Notes: a model not told the origin generated them from the sequence alone. DNA of 56,393 bases from a virus (IMGVR_UViG_3300018476_000015:1-56393); one strand, 5' to 3'. Counted from the first letter of the stretch, positions 17,029-25,926 are shown. A program made the numbers and translations.

Positions 17029-17789
17029 CCACCACCGAGACCGAGACCGAGACCGACCCCCGCATCGACGCCGAGACCGGCGAGGTCTTCCACGACGAGG
17101 TGGAGGACTCGCCCGCCGCCGAGTCGTCCGTCGACTACGAGCGGATCAAGAAGTGGGTGATCCAGCAGTCCGGCAAAGACTTCATCCAGTACGCCGGGCT
17201 GCTCGACCTCCTGCACCAGGTGAGTCAGGGCGACTTCACCATCACCACGAAGCTGGAGCAGGCGCCGACCAAGGAGAACGGGGAGACCGCCATCGTCTCG
17301 GCCATCGCCTGCATCGGCACCAACGACCGCTGCGCCAGCGGACTTGGGGACGCCAACCCGGGCAACGTCAGCCGGGCCATGGCCCCCCACACGATTCGCA
17401 TGGCCGAGACTCGAGCCAAGGGGCGCGCCCTGCGGGACCTCTTAAATATCCCCCTGGTGACCGTCGAGGAGTTGGGGCCCCGGGGGAACGAGGCGGCCCA
17501 GCCCCGGATGGGCCCGCCCGCCGGCGACTACGACCGCGCCGCTCCGCGCCCGACGCAGAGCACCCCCGCCCCCGTCAACACGGACGGCCTGACCGTCGAG
17601 GGCCAGTGGTATTCCCGCGACCAAATCTGGGGCTTCTTCCAGCAGCGCCGGACGCAGATGCGGGAGCGCAACCTCAGCTTCCCCAGCCCGGCCTTGCAGC
17701 GCACCAGCCCCCTGCCCCAGATCGTGGAGCAGACCCGGCAGATGCGGATGGCCATCGCCGCCGACATCGCCAAGGCCAAGCCGGCGTGA
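17025..17789 (+). CDS. Rad52/Sak-like ssDNA annealing protein
   Basis: GKDFIQYAGLL…ASGLGDA.P.N…IRMAETRAKGRALR. Confidence 0.65.
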   Translation: MTTTETETETDPRIDAETGEVFHDEVEDSPAAESSVDYERIKKWVIQQSGKDFIQYAGLLDLLHQVSQGDFTITTKLEQAPTKENGETAIVSAIACIGTNDRCASGLGDANPGNVSRAMAPHTIRMAETRAKGRALRDLLNIPLVTVEELGPRGNEAAQPRMGPPAGDYDRAAPRPTQSTPAPVNTDGLTVEGQWYSRDQIWGFFQQRRTQMRERNLSFPSPALQRTSPLPQIVEQTRQMRMAIAADIAKAKPA

Positions 17790-18076
17790 GCCAAGTCGAC
17801 CGCATCATCCTGGAGGAGAAGATGTCCACCGTCTACCGGGCCGTCATCCACTGCGACCGCCGGGACTCCGGCAAGTGCCACGGCCTGATCGAGGTGAGCG
17901 CGTCGGGCCCCCACATCGCCCCCAACGCCGTCCACCGCGCCGCCCGGGACAAGGGGTGGACGCGGGGCTACCGGGCCAGCGGGACCGTCGACGTGTGCCC
18001 CGGTTGTCAAACTCCAGAGGAGCGGGCGATGATCCGCTCCGACGCCGTGGCCGACAAGGAGGCCGTGACCCCATGA
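17786..18076 (+). CDS. Zinc-binding hypothetical protein
   Basis: CD…C…GW…DVCPGC; GTGA overlap. Confidence 0.7.
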   Translation: MSQVDRIILEEKMSTVYRAVIHCDRRDSGKCHGLIEVSASGPHIAPNAVHRAARDKGWTRGYRASGTVDVCPGCQTPEERAMIRSDAVADKEAVTP

Positions 18077-18537
18077 GCGACACCATCGCCGCCCCGCCGG
18101 GCTGGTACTACTGCCGGATGAAGGAGGGGGATATGCACCTCGTGCGGTACCCCATCGCCGCCTTCCGGGTGGCCGAGGGCCTGCCGGCGACGCCCCTCAT
18201 CGCCAAGCCGGGGGAGCCCGGCCTGGTGCCCCCCACCCGGGAGGACGAGGCCGCCCTGGTGGGCCTGCTCCCGCCCGACCGGGAGTGGGCCAGCTACTTC
18301 GCCTCGGAGGACCTGCAGGACGCCGCCCGGCGCCTGTTCGTCTTCCTGCACCCCCGTCAGGCCGAGGACCTCCGCGCGGCCACCGTGGCCGAGGTGGAGA
18401 TGCCCGGGGTGGGCAAGGTGCCCGTCCGGGACGCCCGCCCGCCGGCGCAGCGCTCGCAGTCCGCCGACTGGATGAAGCGCGCCTGGGGCGACACCGCCCA
18501 GCCCCGCCTCGGGGGAGGCAGCCCGCCCACCGACTAG
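18073..18537 (+). CDS. Hypothetical protein
   Basis: ATGA overlap; SD AAGGAGG. Confidence 0.7.
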   Translation: MSDTIAAPPGWYYCRMKEGDMHLVRYPIAAFRVAEGLPATPLIAKPGEPGLVPPTREDEAALVGLLPPDREWASYFASEDLQDAARRLFVFLHPRQAEDLRAATVAEVEMPGVGKVPVRDARPPAQRSQSADWMKRAWGDTAQPRLGGGSPPTD

Positions 18538-18564
18538 CCCAGAACCGCCCAGGAGGGACGCCCC

Positions 18565-19497
18565 ATGGCCGTACAGGAACCGCCCGCCCGCGTGTCCGTC
18601 GACCCGCTGCCCGAGCCCCGACGCCCCGGGGTGCGCACCAAGCAGCGGGTGCTCCCCGCCCGCAGCCTGCGCCCGACCGACTACGGCCGCCCCATCCGCC
18701 CCCATTGGGTCACCCGCCTGGTGCGCGAGTGGGACAAGCGCAAGCAGGGCGTGCTCCTGGTGAGCCAGCGGGCCGACGACCGCTTCTACACCCTGACCGG
18801 CAACCACCGGGTGGCCGCCAAGCTGGCCACCGGCGAGACGGAATACGCCTTCGACTGCCTGGTCTACACCGGGCTCACCCTGGCCGAGGAGGCGGCCATC
18901 TACCTCTCCCAGGACTCGGAGACCCTGCGCCACACCGTGGCCGACGACTTCCCGGCCATGCTGCTGCGGGGCGACGAGACCGCCGCCGGCGTCGACCGGG
19001 TGGTGCGCTCGCTCGACCTGACCGTGGCCCGCTACTCCGGCGACGGCTGGGCCCCCCACCGGGTCCGGGCCGTGGGCGCCCTGCTCAGCGCCTACGACAC
19101 CTGTGGCGAGCAGCACCTGTACGACGCCCTGGCCATGATCCGCACCCTGTGGGGCGACCTGCAGATCAAGCTGGGCGGGCGGACGAAGAAGACCATCTAC
19201 TCCGAGGCGGTGATCGCCAGCCTGCCGGCCTTCTTCCGCCTGTACCCCGAGGCCGAGCGGAACTGGCTCGCCCACGCCATGGCCCGCGAGGGGCTCTCCG
19301 GCTTCGAGGAGCGCTGGATCGGGCACCGCACCGCCTCGAAGAGCCGGCCCCAGGGGGGCGTGGCCATCGTCTACGGCGTGCTCTCCTGGCTGGATATGTA
19401 CAACTACGGCCGGCGGGAGCAGAACCTGCTGGACGAGACGGTGGCCCGGCGGGCGTCCAAGATGCTCAAGCGCCGGCCACGCCGGGGGCCCCGATGA
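18565..19497 (+). CDS. ParB/Srx-like (DUF6551-like) domain protein, paralogue of 4992..6185
   Basis: YGRPIRPHWV..L..WD…G.LLVS.R.D.RFY..TGNHR…CLVYTGLTLAEEA. Confidence 0.75.
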   Translation: MAVQEPPARVSVDPLPEPRRPGVRTKQRVLPARSLRPTDYGRPIRPHWVTRLVREWDKRKQGVLLVSQRADDRFYTLTGNHRVAAKLATGETEYAFDCLVYTGLTLAEEAAIYLSQDSETLRHTVADDFPAMLLRGDETAAGVDRVVRSLDLTVARYSGDGWAPHRVRAVGALLSAYDTCGEQHLYDALAMIRTLWGDLQIKLGGRTKKTIYSEAVIASLPAFFRLYPEAERNWLAHAMAREGLSGFEERWIGHRTASKSRPQGGVAIVYGVLSWLDMYNYGRREQNLLDETVARRASKMLKRRPRRGPR

Positions 19498-20018
19498 GTG
19501 AGGTGCTGGACGACCTGGGCGACCCGGCCAGCCTGCTGCTGGCCCGGGAGGTGCGCCTGACCCGCAAGCCCCCCGCGGTGGTGCCCCCGGCGGTCTGCGC
19601 CCGGGGCCACGCCCTGGTGTGGCTCCTGGGCCCGGCGCAGCCCTTCTCCGAGGGGGAGGGCCTGGCCGCCTGCGACTGCTCCCTGCGGGGCGTCGAGGGC
19701 CGGCTGAAGAACGGCTCCCAGCCCACCCTGTGGCGCTGGGTGCCCGCCCGGCCCCGGGCGCTCAGCCCCATCTTCCCCAGCCAGAACCGGCTGGCCTTCG
19801 CCCTGGCCCTGCGCCTGCGGGCCACGATCATGGGCACCGCCGAGCCCCTGCACCCCGGGCTGGGGGACACCGCCCACCAGCGGGCCTACGTCAAGCTGCT
19901 GAGCGCCCAGGCGGCCCCGCTGGTCGAGGCCATGAAGCGGGCCCTGAACCCCAACAACGGGCGCACCGCGGGCAAGCAACGCAAGGTGCCCAAGGGCGCC
20001 ACCGAGATGGCGGAATGA
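19494..20018 (+). CDS. Hypothetical protein
   Basis: ATGA overlap; CARGH…CDC. Confidence 0.65.
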   Translation: MSEVLDDLGDPASLLLAREVRLTRKPPAVVPPAVCARGHALVWLLGPAQPFSEGEGLAACDCSLRGVEGRLKNGSQPTLWRWVPARPRALSPIFPSQNRLAFALALRLRATIMGTAEPLHPGLGDTAHQRAYVKLLSAQAAPLVEAMKRALNPNNGRTAGKQRKVPKGATEMAE

Positions 20019-20509
20019 GCGCTGCCCCGCGCCGCCGGCGGAAGGCCCCAGGAATCGCCTCTGTGAGCGCCACAGAGGTCGAGCAACTGGTCTGGTCGAC
20101 GTGGCGCGAGGCCGACCTGCTGACCTACGTGGAGCGCACCGCCCGGCTGCTGGGCTACCGGGCGTACCACACCACCTTCTCGATCAAGAGCGCGGCCGGC
20201 TTCCCCGACCTGGTGCTGACCAGCGCCGGGCGCCGGCGCACCGTCTACGCCGAACTCAAGCAGGAGGGCCTCTGGCCCACGGTGGGGCGCGTCCGCAAGG
20301 AGACCGGGCGCTGGATCGAGGGCCAGACCGACTGGCTGCGCGACCTGCAGGACGCCGGCAACGAGGTGTACCTGTGGTGGCCATCCGACGCCCAGGACAT
20401 CGCCCGCATCCTGGACGACCGGGGCCCCGCCTTCCTCGGCGTCGGAGGCGTGCGCTGCGTCGAGCGCCTGGAGACCTGGCTGGAGGCCAACCCGCCGGCG
20501 GACAGGTGA
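20015..20509 (+). CDS. VRR-NUC domain nuclease
   Basis: E.DL…A..LG..YHT…GFPDLVL…AELK…Q..WL..L…VYLWWPSD. Confidence 0.85.
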   Translation: MSAAPRRRRKAPGIASVSATEVEQLVWSTWREADLLTYVERTARLLGYRAYHTTFSIKSAAGFPDLVLTSAGRRRTVYAELKQEGLWPTVGRVRKETGRWIEGQTDWLRDLQDAGNEVYLWWPSDAQDIARILDDRGPAFLGVGGVRCVERLETWLEANPPADR

Positions 20510-20510
20510 T

Positions 20511-20589
20511 TTGCGGTTTGCTCCACGACCTGTTACAATAGAGAGGTCGGGGGGACGTGCCCCCCGCGGGACGACTGGAGGCACCGCCC
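20511..20589 (+). promoter_or_regulatory. Repeated promoter-hairpin element, copy 8
   Basis: TTGCGG 20511-20516, 17 bp, TACAAT 20534-20539; CGGGGGG-ACGTG-CCCCCCG; GGAGG. Confidence 0.85.
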
Positions 20590-21126
20590 ATGAGCAACCT
20601 CACCGCTGACCAGGTCGCCGGCCTCTTCGCGCAGCGCCTCCCGGAGACGGGCGGGTGGATCAGCGCCAAGCAGATCGAGTGGCTGCTGCGCACCGTCGCC
20701 GCCGAGAACCGCATCCCCCGCGGGCGCACCGCCTCGGGTGTCCTGGCGGACGGGCGCGAGTGGGTGGCCACCCAGTCCGGCAACGCCAACCGCGCCGGCA
20801 CCCTGCAGCTTGTCTCCGTCGCGGCGCGCGACGCCGACCGGGCCGCCGAGGCCGAGCGCCTGCGCTACGAGGCGGCCTGCCTCGCGGTCAACAACGAGGT
20901 GTCCGCCCTCCTGCTGGCCGGCAAGGTGGACGAGGTCCGGGCCCGGCTGGAGCGCTTCGCCGCCGACGAGGCGGCGCGCAAGGCCCCCGCCGCGCCGGCG
21001 TACCGCGTCTACGAGGACGGCTCCGACGACTACTGCGGGGAGGACGACCTGACCGCCCGGGCCATCGAGAACAGCAACGACTACTGGGCCTCGATGCAGA
21101 CCGCCCTGGACGAGGGCGAGCGCTAG
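20590..21126 (+). CDS. Hypothetical protein
   Basis: SD GGAGG; WISAKQIEWL. Confidence 0.75.
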   Translation: MSNLTADQVAGLFAQRLPETGGWISAKQIEWLLRTVAAENRIPRGRTASGVLADGREWVATQSGNANRAGTLQLVSVAARDADRAAEAERLRYEAACLAVNNEVSALLLAGKVDEVRARLERFAADEAARKAPAAPAYRVYEDGSDDYCGEDDLTARAIENSNDYWASMQTALDEGER

Positions 21127-21174
21127 ACCCGCCCCGTCCGCTGCCCGCCGGCGGGGTGCGCCGGACGTGCCGTT

Positions 21175-21205
21175 TGCTACACTAGCCACGAAGGGATGTG
21201 CCCTG
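21175..21205 (+). promoter_or_regulatory. Truncated promoter-hairpin element, copy 9
   Basis: TG-C-TACACT 21178-21183; AGGG-ATGTG-CCCT 21192-21204 abutting ATG 21206. Confidence 0.55.
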
Positions 21206-22288
21206 ATGGTAGCCCAACCGAACCCGCCCGAGGCCGACCTGCTGCCCCACTCGCGCTACACCGTCGCCCTGGAGCGCCAGATCGAGACGCTCAACTTCAT
21301 GCGCACCATGAAGCCGTTCAACACCGTGGCCCGGGTGGTCTCCCGGGAACGGGGCCGGCGCAACGCCGCCGAGAACGACTACCGCCTGGACATCGCCGTG
21401 GCCGAGGCCCTGGAGCGGGCCCAGCCCTACCTCTGGGGGCGGGAGATGGTCGACCTGCTGGAGGCCAACGTCAACGCCCTGGAGGAGTGGACGCTGCACA
21501 AGACGGACGTGCACCACCCGTTCGGCTACATCTGGTTCGAGCGCCCGCTGCAAATCTTCCGCGACGACCCGGAGGAGATACGGGCCTTCTGCTGGGAGCC
21601 CATCGAGCGGGGCGGGAAGCGCCAGGCGCCCCTGTTCGCCGGCGGGCCCGGGCTGGGCCTGGGCCACCGCTACAACGAGTTGGTGGGCTCCGAGGAGGGC
21701 TACCTGGTGACCGCCTTCACCGGCTACCCGGCGGGGACGAACCAGGGCCTGCCGTCGATGAACGTGGCCACCGGCTCCCCGCGGACGCCCATCTTCTGGC
21801 CGGTCAACTCCACCCTCTCGGAGTTCATCGGGGGGATCAAGGAGCACTACGAGAACCCCGAGTTCCGCCGGCAGGTCCAGGTCGTCGCCGGGCTGCCCCC
21901 GCTCCGGCACGCCGCCCAGATGACCGAGTTCGCCCGCATCTTCGCGGCCTGCACCGCGCTCATCAACCAGAAGATCACCCGCATCGCCGGGGCCCCGGCC
22001 GACCGCCCCGCCCGCCGGCGGGCCCAGGCCATCCTCAAGCGCCCGGACGTGCCCCTGACCCGGGTGGTGCTCCTGCGCCAGATCGAGTACATCCGCACCG
22101 GGGAGGCGTCGGAGCCCGGGGAGGGCGTGGACTGGGCCTACCGCTGGACGGTCAAGGGCCACTGGCGCAAGCAGTGGTACCCCAGCGAGAACCGCCACAA
22201 GAGCATCTACGTGCACGGCTACGTCAAGGGCCCGGCCAACCGCCCCTTCAAGCCCGGGGGCATCGACATCACCGGGGTGGTGCGCTAG
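21206..22288 (+). CDS. Conserved phage protein of unknown function
   Basis: C-terminal WTVKGHWRKQWY…IYVHGYVKGP motif common in phages. Confidence 0.8.
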   Translation: MVAQPNPPEADLLPHSRYTVALERQIETLNFMRTMKPFNTVARVVSRERGRRNAAENDYRLDIAVAEALERAQPYLWGREMVDLLEANVNALEEWTLHKTDVHHPFGYIWFERPLQIFRDDPEEIRAFCWEPIERGGKRQAPLFAGGPGLGLGHRYNELVGSEEGYLVTAFTGYPAGTNQGLPSMNVATGSPRTPIFWPVNSTLSEFIGGIKEHYENPEFRRQVQVVAGLPPLRHAAQMTEFARIFAACTALINQKITRIAGAPADRPARRRAQAILKRPDVPLTRVVLLRQIEYIRTGEASEPGEGVDWAYRWTVKGHWRKQWYPSENRHKSIYVHGYVKGPANRPFKPGGIDITGVVR

Positions 22289-22614
22289 TGCCACCCCGCC
22301 GGCGCGCCGACGATGTCTACGACGACGACGACCTGACGGGGGCGGCCGAGCAGCGGGCCTGGGAGGACGCCCCCCGCAAGGTGCCCTGGCCCCGCACCCC
22401 GGACGAGGCCGACTGCCGGTGGACGCCGGGGTACGGGGAGCGGGGCTGGCTGACCATCCGCGACCCCTTCACCGGCGAGCGCCACGAGGTGCCGACCAAG
22501 TACGTCGAGGCCGCCCCCTGGCGGGCCACCCCGGGGGCCGAGCCGGCCCCCCAGTGGATGGTGCGCCGGGCCATGGATAAGCTGCCCCCCAAGAAACCGA
22601 GGAGGACCGAGTGA
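22288..22614 (+). CDS. Hypothetical protein
   Basis: TAGTG overlap; GWLTIRDPFTGERHEVP. Confidence 0.7.
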   Translation: MPPRRRADDVYDDDDLTGAAEQRAWEDAPRKVPWPRTPDEADCRWTPGYGERGWLTIRDPFTGERHEVPTKYVEAAPWRATPGAEPAPQWMVRRAMDKLPPKKPRRTE

Positions 22615-22895
22615 CCACGCCCACCCGCTCGACGTTCAAAGAGGTTCCGCCCGCCCACACCGACGAGCGCGAGTTGCAGTCGAACCGCACCCGCCAGGTG
22701 ACGTTCGAGCGGGGCATCGCCCTGGCCCTGACGGCCGGCATCCGGCGCGACCTGGAGCACCTCCGCACCCTGACCGAGGGCCTGCGCTGGGTCATCAGCG
22801 ACTCGGAGATGGCCGAGGTGCAGAAGTGGGCCGAGACCGTGCAGGAGGACATCCTGCGCGCCGAGCGGATCGGGGCCCGCTATGAGCAGAAGTGA
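22611..22895 (+). CDS. Hypothetical protein
   Basis: GTGA overlap; SD GAGGAGG. Confidence 0.7.
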   Translation: MTTPTRSTFKEVPPAHTDERELQSNRTRQVTFERGIALALTAGIRRDLEHLRTLTEGLRWVISDSEMAEVQKWAETVQEDILRAERIGARYEQK

Positions 22896-23010
22896 GCGCC
22901 CCCTCTGGATCGCCACCGGGCTGACCCTGTGGGTGCTGCTGGGCGCCACCGCCGGGTGGGCGCTCAGTGTCTGGTGGGAGGCCATCGGAGAGAGGCTGCG
23001 CCGTGAGTAA
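22882..23010 (+). CDS. Small single-TM protein (42 aa)
   Basis: MSRSERPLWIATGLTLWVLLGATAGWALSVWW…; read manually. Confidence 0.55.
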   Translation: MSRSERPLWIATGLTLWVLLGATAGWALSVWWEAIGERLRRE

Positions 23011-23479
23011 GCCGAAGAAGCCCCCGCCCGAGCAACTCTCCCTCTTCGGCCCGGTCGACGCGCCGGCGCAGAAGGCCGCCGAGTGGGACCCCAAACAGCC
23101 CGACTACCGCCCGCTGTGGGAGCCTCGCCCCCCTACGCCGGCGCCCCGGGCGCAACCCACCGTCGAGGCCTACGACGTGCAGCGGGCCCCCCTGGCCCAG
23201 AAGCACAGCCGGACCTCCGTCGAGGCGGCGAACCTCATGTCCGGCACCCGGGCCGGCACCCTGCGGGCCACCATCTGGCGCTGGCTCCTGGAGCAGGGCG
23301 AGCGCGGGGGCACCGATGAGGAGGGCCAGGACGCCCTGGGCCTGGAGGGCAACACCTACCGCCCCCGGCGCGTCGAGTTGCAGGAGGCCGGCCTGGTCAT
23401 CACCACCGTGCGCACCCGGCGCACGCGCAGCAACCGCCAGGCGGCGGTGTGGCGCGCCGTCCGGCCCGAGGGCGCCTAG
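23003..23479 (+). CDS. Winged-HTH protein with QLSLF clamp-binding-like motif
   Basis: EQLSLF near N-terminus; GGTDEE…L….NTYRPRRVEL..AGLV. Confidence 0.7.
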   Translation: MSKPKKPPPEQLSLFGPVDAPAQKAAEWDPKQPDYRPLWEPRPPTPAPRAQPTVEAYDVQRAPLAQKHSRTSVEAANLMSGTRAGTLRATIWRWLLEQGERGGTDEEGQDALGLEGNTYRPRRVELQEAGLVITTVRTRRTRSNRQAAVWRAVRPEGA

Positions 23480-23613
23480 TGGGCGCCCGGGCGTTCGAGT
23501 GGGCGCTGGTGGCCGTCTGGGTCGTGCTGGTGGCCCTGATCCTCTGGCTTCTGCTCGGCCTGCCCAGCCTGCCGGTCCCCGTCGAGGCGCCGCTGACCGT
23601 CTTCCCCCGCTAG
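23479..23613 (+). CDS. Small single-TM protein (44 aa)
   Basis: TAGTG overlap; FEWALVAVWVVLVALILWLLLG; stop overlaps convergent stop at CTAG 23610-23613. Confidence 0.55.
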   Translation: MGARAFEWALVAVWVVLVALILWLLLGLPSLPVPVEAPLTVFPR

Positions 23614-23900
23614 TCCTTGACTTGCTTGACCACCGCCCTGGCGACGGCCCGCTTGGTGGGGGGCCGGACGACCAGGGTGGCCACGTTCAGGCCAAGGGCG
23701 TAGGCCAGGGTCCCGACGCCGCAGCAGTGGAACCAGACGGGCACCGTGTAGCTGCCGGTGACCAACTCGCCGGCGTAGAAGAGCAGCCAGACCCCGACGA
23801 AGAGCACCGCCACCACCTCCCGGAAGACGAAGGCCGCGACGGCGGCCTGCTCCGGGGGCGGGTTGACTGCAGCCGGCGCGGGCTCATCGCTCGGTGACAA
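23610..23900 (-). CDS. Membrane protein (2 TM), holin-like
   Basis: Two hydrophobic helices, basic C-terminal tail; end of lysis region; start uncertain. Confidence 0.6.
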   Translation of the reverse strand: MSPSDEPAPAAVNPPPEQAAVAAFVFREVVAVLFVGVWLLFYAGELVTGSYTVPVWFHCCGVGTLAYALGLNVATLVVRPPTKRAVARAVVKQVKD

Positions 23901-25077
23901 CCCGCAGTATCCCCAGGCTGAAGCCCACGGCGGCGCTGGCCATCAGCAGCAGCGCCTCTACCGGGAGACCAGCAGCAGCAGCCCCATCTGGAACAGGACG
24001 ATCAGCAGCAGCCCCGTCAGTAGGGCTCGGAGGGCGTCCGTCTCCCGGCTGCCCGGGTTGCGCGGTTGCTGGTGGGGCACCCCCAGCAGTCGGTCCAGCA
24101 GGCGCTGCCCCTGTCGGGCTTGCCACCAGCGGAACCGGCGTCGCCACAGGCGCCACCGCGTCCGCCACGTCTGCAGTCGGGGCCGCCGCGGGGTCGGGAA
24201 GTCGTACCGGAGATGCGGTTCCACTTGGTACCGGGCCGGGGGCAGCAGCGGGGGCGGGTACGGGGGCTGCAGGCGTCGCGCCATCGGGGTCCTCCGATGA
24301 AGACGCCCCGCCCCCCGGCGGCGCCTCCAGGTCAATCGGCTGCGCGGGCGTCGTGCTGGTGGGTGTGTGGGGCGGTGGCGTGTCCGTAGGCGTTGGCGCT
24401 GGCGGCGTCGGCTCCGGTGTGCTGGTGGTCGTGGGCGTGGGGGATGGGCCAGTCGTCGTGGGAGTAGGTGATGCCGTCCCCGAGGTGGGTGTGGGAGTGC
24501 CGGTGGATGAGGGTGTACTCGTAGGGCCCGTAGAGGGGGCCGGTGACGGAGATGGTGTTCCCGCCGGCGACGGTGAGGGGCTCGGCTGGAAGGGGCAGCA
24601 ATTCCCGCCCTGCTGCCCCGGGCTGGTCTGCGACGTAGCGGATGGCGGCGATGCGGACGCCGTGGGCGACGGGGTCGCAGTCGAGGACGGCGTAGCAGAC
24701 GCCGTTGCGGTCGGAGAGGCGGACGACGTGCTCGGCGGGGTTGTCGGGGTAGGGCTGGCTGAAGGCGAGGGTGTCGCCGGGGTGGAGGACGATGTTGGGG
24801 ATGGGCTCGGGGTCGAGGTCGGGCTGGGCGTCGCTGTCCAAACGGTGGGGGTTATCGGGGGCGTCGCTGTCCATGTGGGGGGCAGCGTAGCGCACGCCCC
24901 GGGCTCCAGCGTCGGGCGCTGGCTGTTCGGCGGGGGCGTGCGGTCGCACTGCCCCGGCGGCGCCCCCTGACCCATCGCCGTCCCCGGCACTACCGTCAGG
25001 ACGACCCACGCCAGGAGGATGGCCAGCAGCAGCCACAGCAGCAGGACGACGGTGGGCCAGAACTCCCGCTTCCACAT
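23884..25077 (-). CDS. Ser/Thr/Pro-rich protein with N- and C-terminal hydrophobic anchors (overprinted)
   Basis: [26 protein letters not shown]…; long PT/PS stalk; C-terminal [21 protein letters not shown]. Confidence 0.6.
   Translation of the reverse strand: MWKREFWPTVVLLLWLLLAILLAWVVLTVVPGTAMGQGAPPGQCDRTPPPNSQRPTLEPGACATLPPTWTATPPITPTVWTATPSPTSTPSPSPTSSSTPATPSPSASPTPTTPPSTSSASPTATASATPSSTATPSPTASASPPSATSQTSPGQQGGNCCPFQPSPSPSPAGTPSPSPAPSTGPTSTPSSTGTPTPTSGTASPTPTTTGPSPTPTTTSTPEPTPPAPTPTDTPPPHTPTSTTPAQPIDLEAPPGGGASSSEDPDGATPAAPVPAPAAAPGPVPSGTASPVRLPDPAAAPTADVADAVAPVATPVPLVASPTGAAPAGPTAGGAPPATAQPGQPGDGRPPSPTDGAAADRPVPDGAAAAGLPVEALLLMASAAVGFSLGILRVVTER
23958..24284 (-). CDS. Basic membrane protein nested in 23884..25077
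   Basis: SD GGAGG-N6-ATG; R/W-rich then C-terminal [21 protein letters not shown]. Confidence 0.6.
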   Translation of the reverse strand: MARRLQPPYPPPLLPPARYQVEPHLRYDFPTPRRPRLQTWRTRWRLWRRRFRWWQARQGQRLLDRLLGVPHQQPRNPGSRETDALRALLTGLLLIVLFQMGLLLLVSR

Positions 25078-25258
25078 CGAGGGCCTCAAGCGCCTCCCGC
25101 CGGTTGGGGAAGGCCTCCCCCATCACCGCCCCGGTCGGTCCCTTGGCCTGCCAGTGTCGGTAGTCCACCCGGTGGACCCAGCCGAGCCACGCCCCGTCCC
25201 GGTACACCTTCCAATGGCCCCCGGCCCCACCCGGCGCGGCCTCAAGACGGAGCGTCAC
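24332..25258 (-). CDS. Hypothetical protein with His-rich C-terminus (overlaps 23884..25077)
   Basis: Globular-looking N-terminus ([13 protein letters not shown]) and C-terminal half, HxH repeats; GC3-rich. Confidence 0.55.
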   Translation of the reverse strand: MTLRLEAAPGGAGGHWKVYRDGAWLGWVHRVDYRHWQAKGPTGAVMGEAFPNRREALEALDVEAGVLAHRRPAAVAAAGHPPGVGRPDGSAGDGDGSGGAAGAVRPHAPAEQPAPDAGARGVRYAAPHMDSDAPDNPHRLDSDAQPDLDPEPIPNIVLHPGDTLAFSQPYPDNPAEHVVRLSDRNGVCYAVLDCDPVAHGVRIAAIRYVADQPGAAGRELLPLPAEPLTVAGGNTISVTGPLYGPYEYTLIHRHSHTHLGDGITYSHDDWPIPHAHDHQHTGADAASANAYGHATAPHTHQHDARAAD

Positions 25259-25262
25259 CGGC

Positions 25263-25427
25263 TCACCCCGTCACGCCCCCCAGGTTCTGCAAGAGCAGGC
25301 CCAGGGCGAGAAAGGCCACCGCCAGGCTGAGCAGGTTCGCCGGCGGGGGCGCCGGCGGGTTGTAGAAGGCCGCCAGCGTCGCCAGGATGGCCGACACGGC
25401 GAAGCAGATCACCACCAGGATGTTCAT
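25263..25427 (-). CDS. Small 2-TM membrane protein (holin-like, 54 aa)
   Basis: MNILVVICFAVSAILATLAAF…NLLSLAVAFLALGLLL; read manually. Confidence 0.65.
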   Translation of the reverse strand: MNILVVICFAVSAILATLAAFYNPPAPPPANLLSLAVAFLALGLLLQNLGGVTG

Positions 25428-25720
25428 GCTGCATCTCCCGGCACAGGACGCGGTGGGTCAGGAACAGGGGCCAGGTCGGGCTGCGGTGCCCGCACTCCAG
25501 GCAGGTCAGGCTGCGCAGGCGCAGGGGCCCGTCCCGAGCCCACACCCCGGTCGAGAAGTGGTCCGGCGCCACTGTCCGCGTGGGGGGAGCGATACCACGC
25601 GGCGTACCGGGACGCGCTGTTCTCCCGGCTGCACGCCCGACAGGACCGGCCCCGCCCGTCCGCCCGCCACTTGGTGTTCTCGGGCGTGAACTCGTGCCCA
25701 CGTCCACAGTGCGTCTTCAC
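25424..25720 (-). CDS. Zinc-binding domain protein of the type found at HNH C-termini
   Basis: KTHC.RGHEFTPENT…R.CRAC; GTGA overlap. Confidence 0.6.
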   Translation of the reverse strand: MKTHCGRGHEFTPENTKWRADGRGRSCRACSRENSASRYAAWYRSPHADSGAGPLLDRGVGSGRAPAPAQPDLPGVRAPQPDLAPVPDPPRPVPGDAA

Positions 25721-25926
25721 TCTCTGCCCCCCGCGCCCTTCTCTTCCTCCACGCGCACGTCGGTCGTCGCGGCCACGTCCACCGCCGTCAGGGTGATGGC
25801 CAGCCAGGACAGGCCGAGGATGAACTGGGGCTCGCCCTTGGCGAACGTCAGCGCCGAGACGGGCCAACCGACGAGGGTGATGGCGATCAGCGCGAACGCC
25901 GCCCGCCGGCGCCACTTGGGGCTCAG
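25717..25926 (-). CDS. 2-TM membrane protein, probable CTG start
   Basis: RRRAAFALIAITLVGWPVSAL…FILGLSWLAITL; CTGA overlap with upstream stop. Confidence 0.6.
   Translation of the reverse strand: MSPKWRRRAAFALIAITLVGWPVSALTFAKGEPQFILGLSWLAITLTAVDVAATTDVRVEEEKGAGGRE

Noticed and set aside
25255-25707. Alternative-frame ORF with CLECGH…H…C zinc-finger-like segment
   Set aside because: Protein-like only over ~45 codons with no clear start or SD; may be another overlap but cannot be supported.
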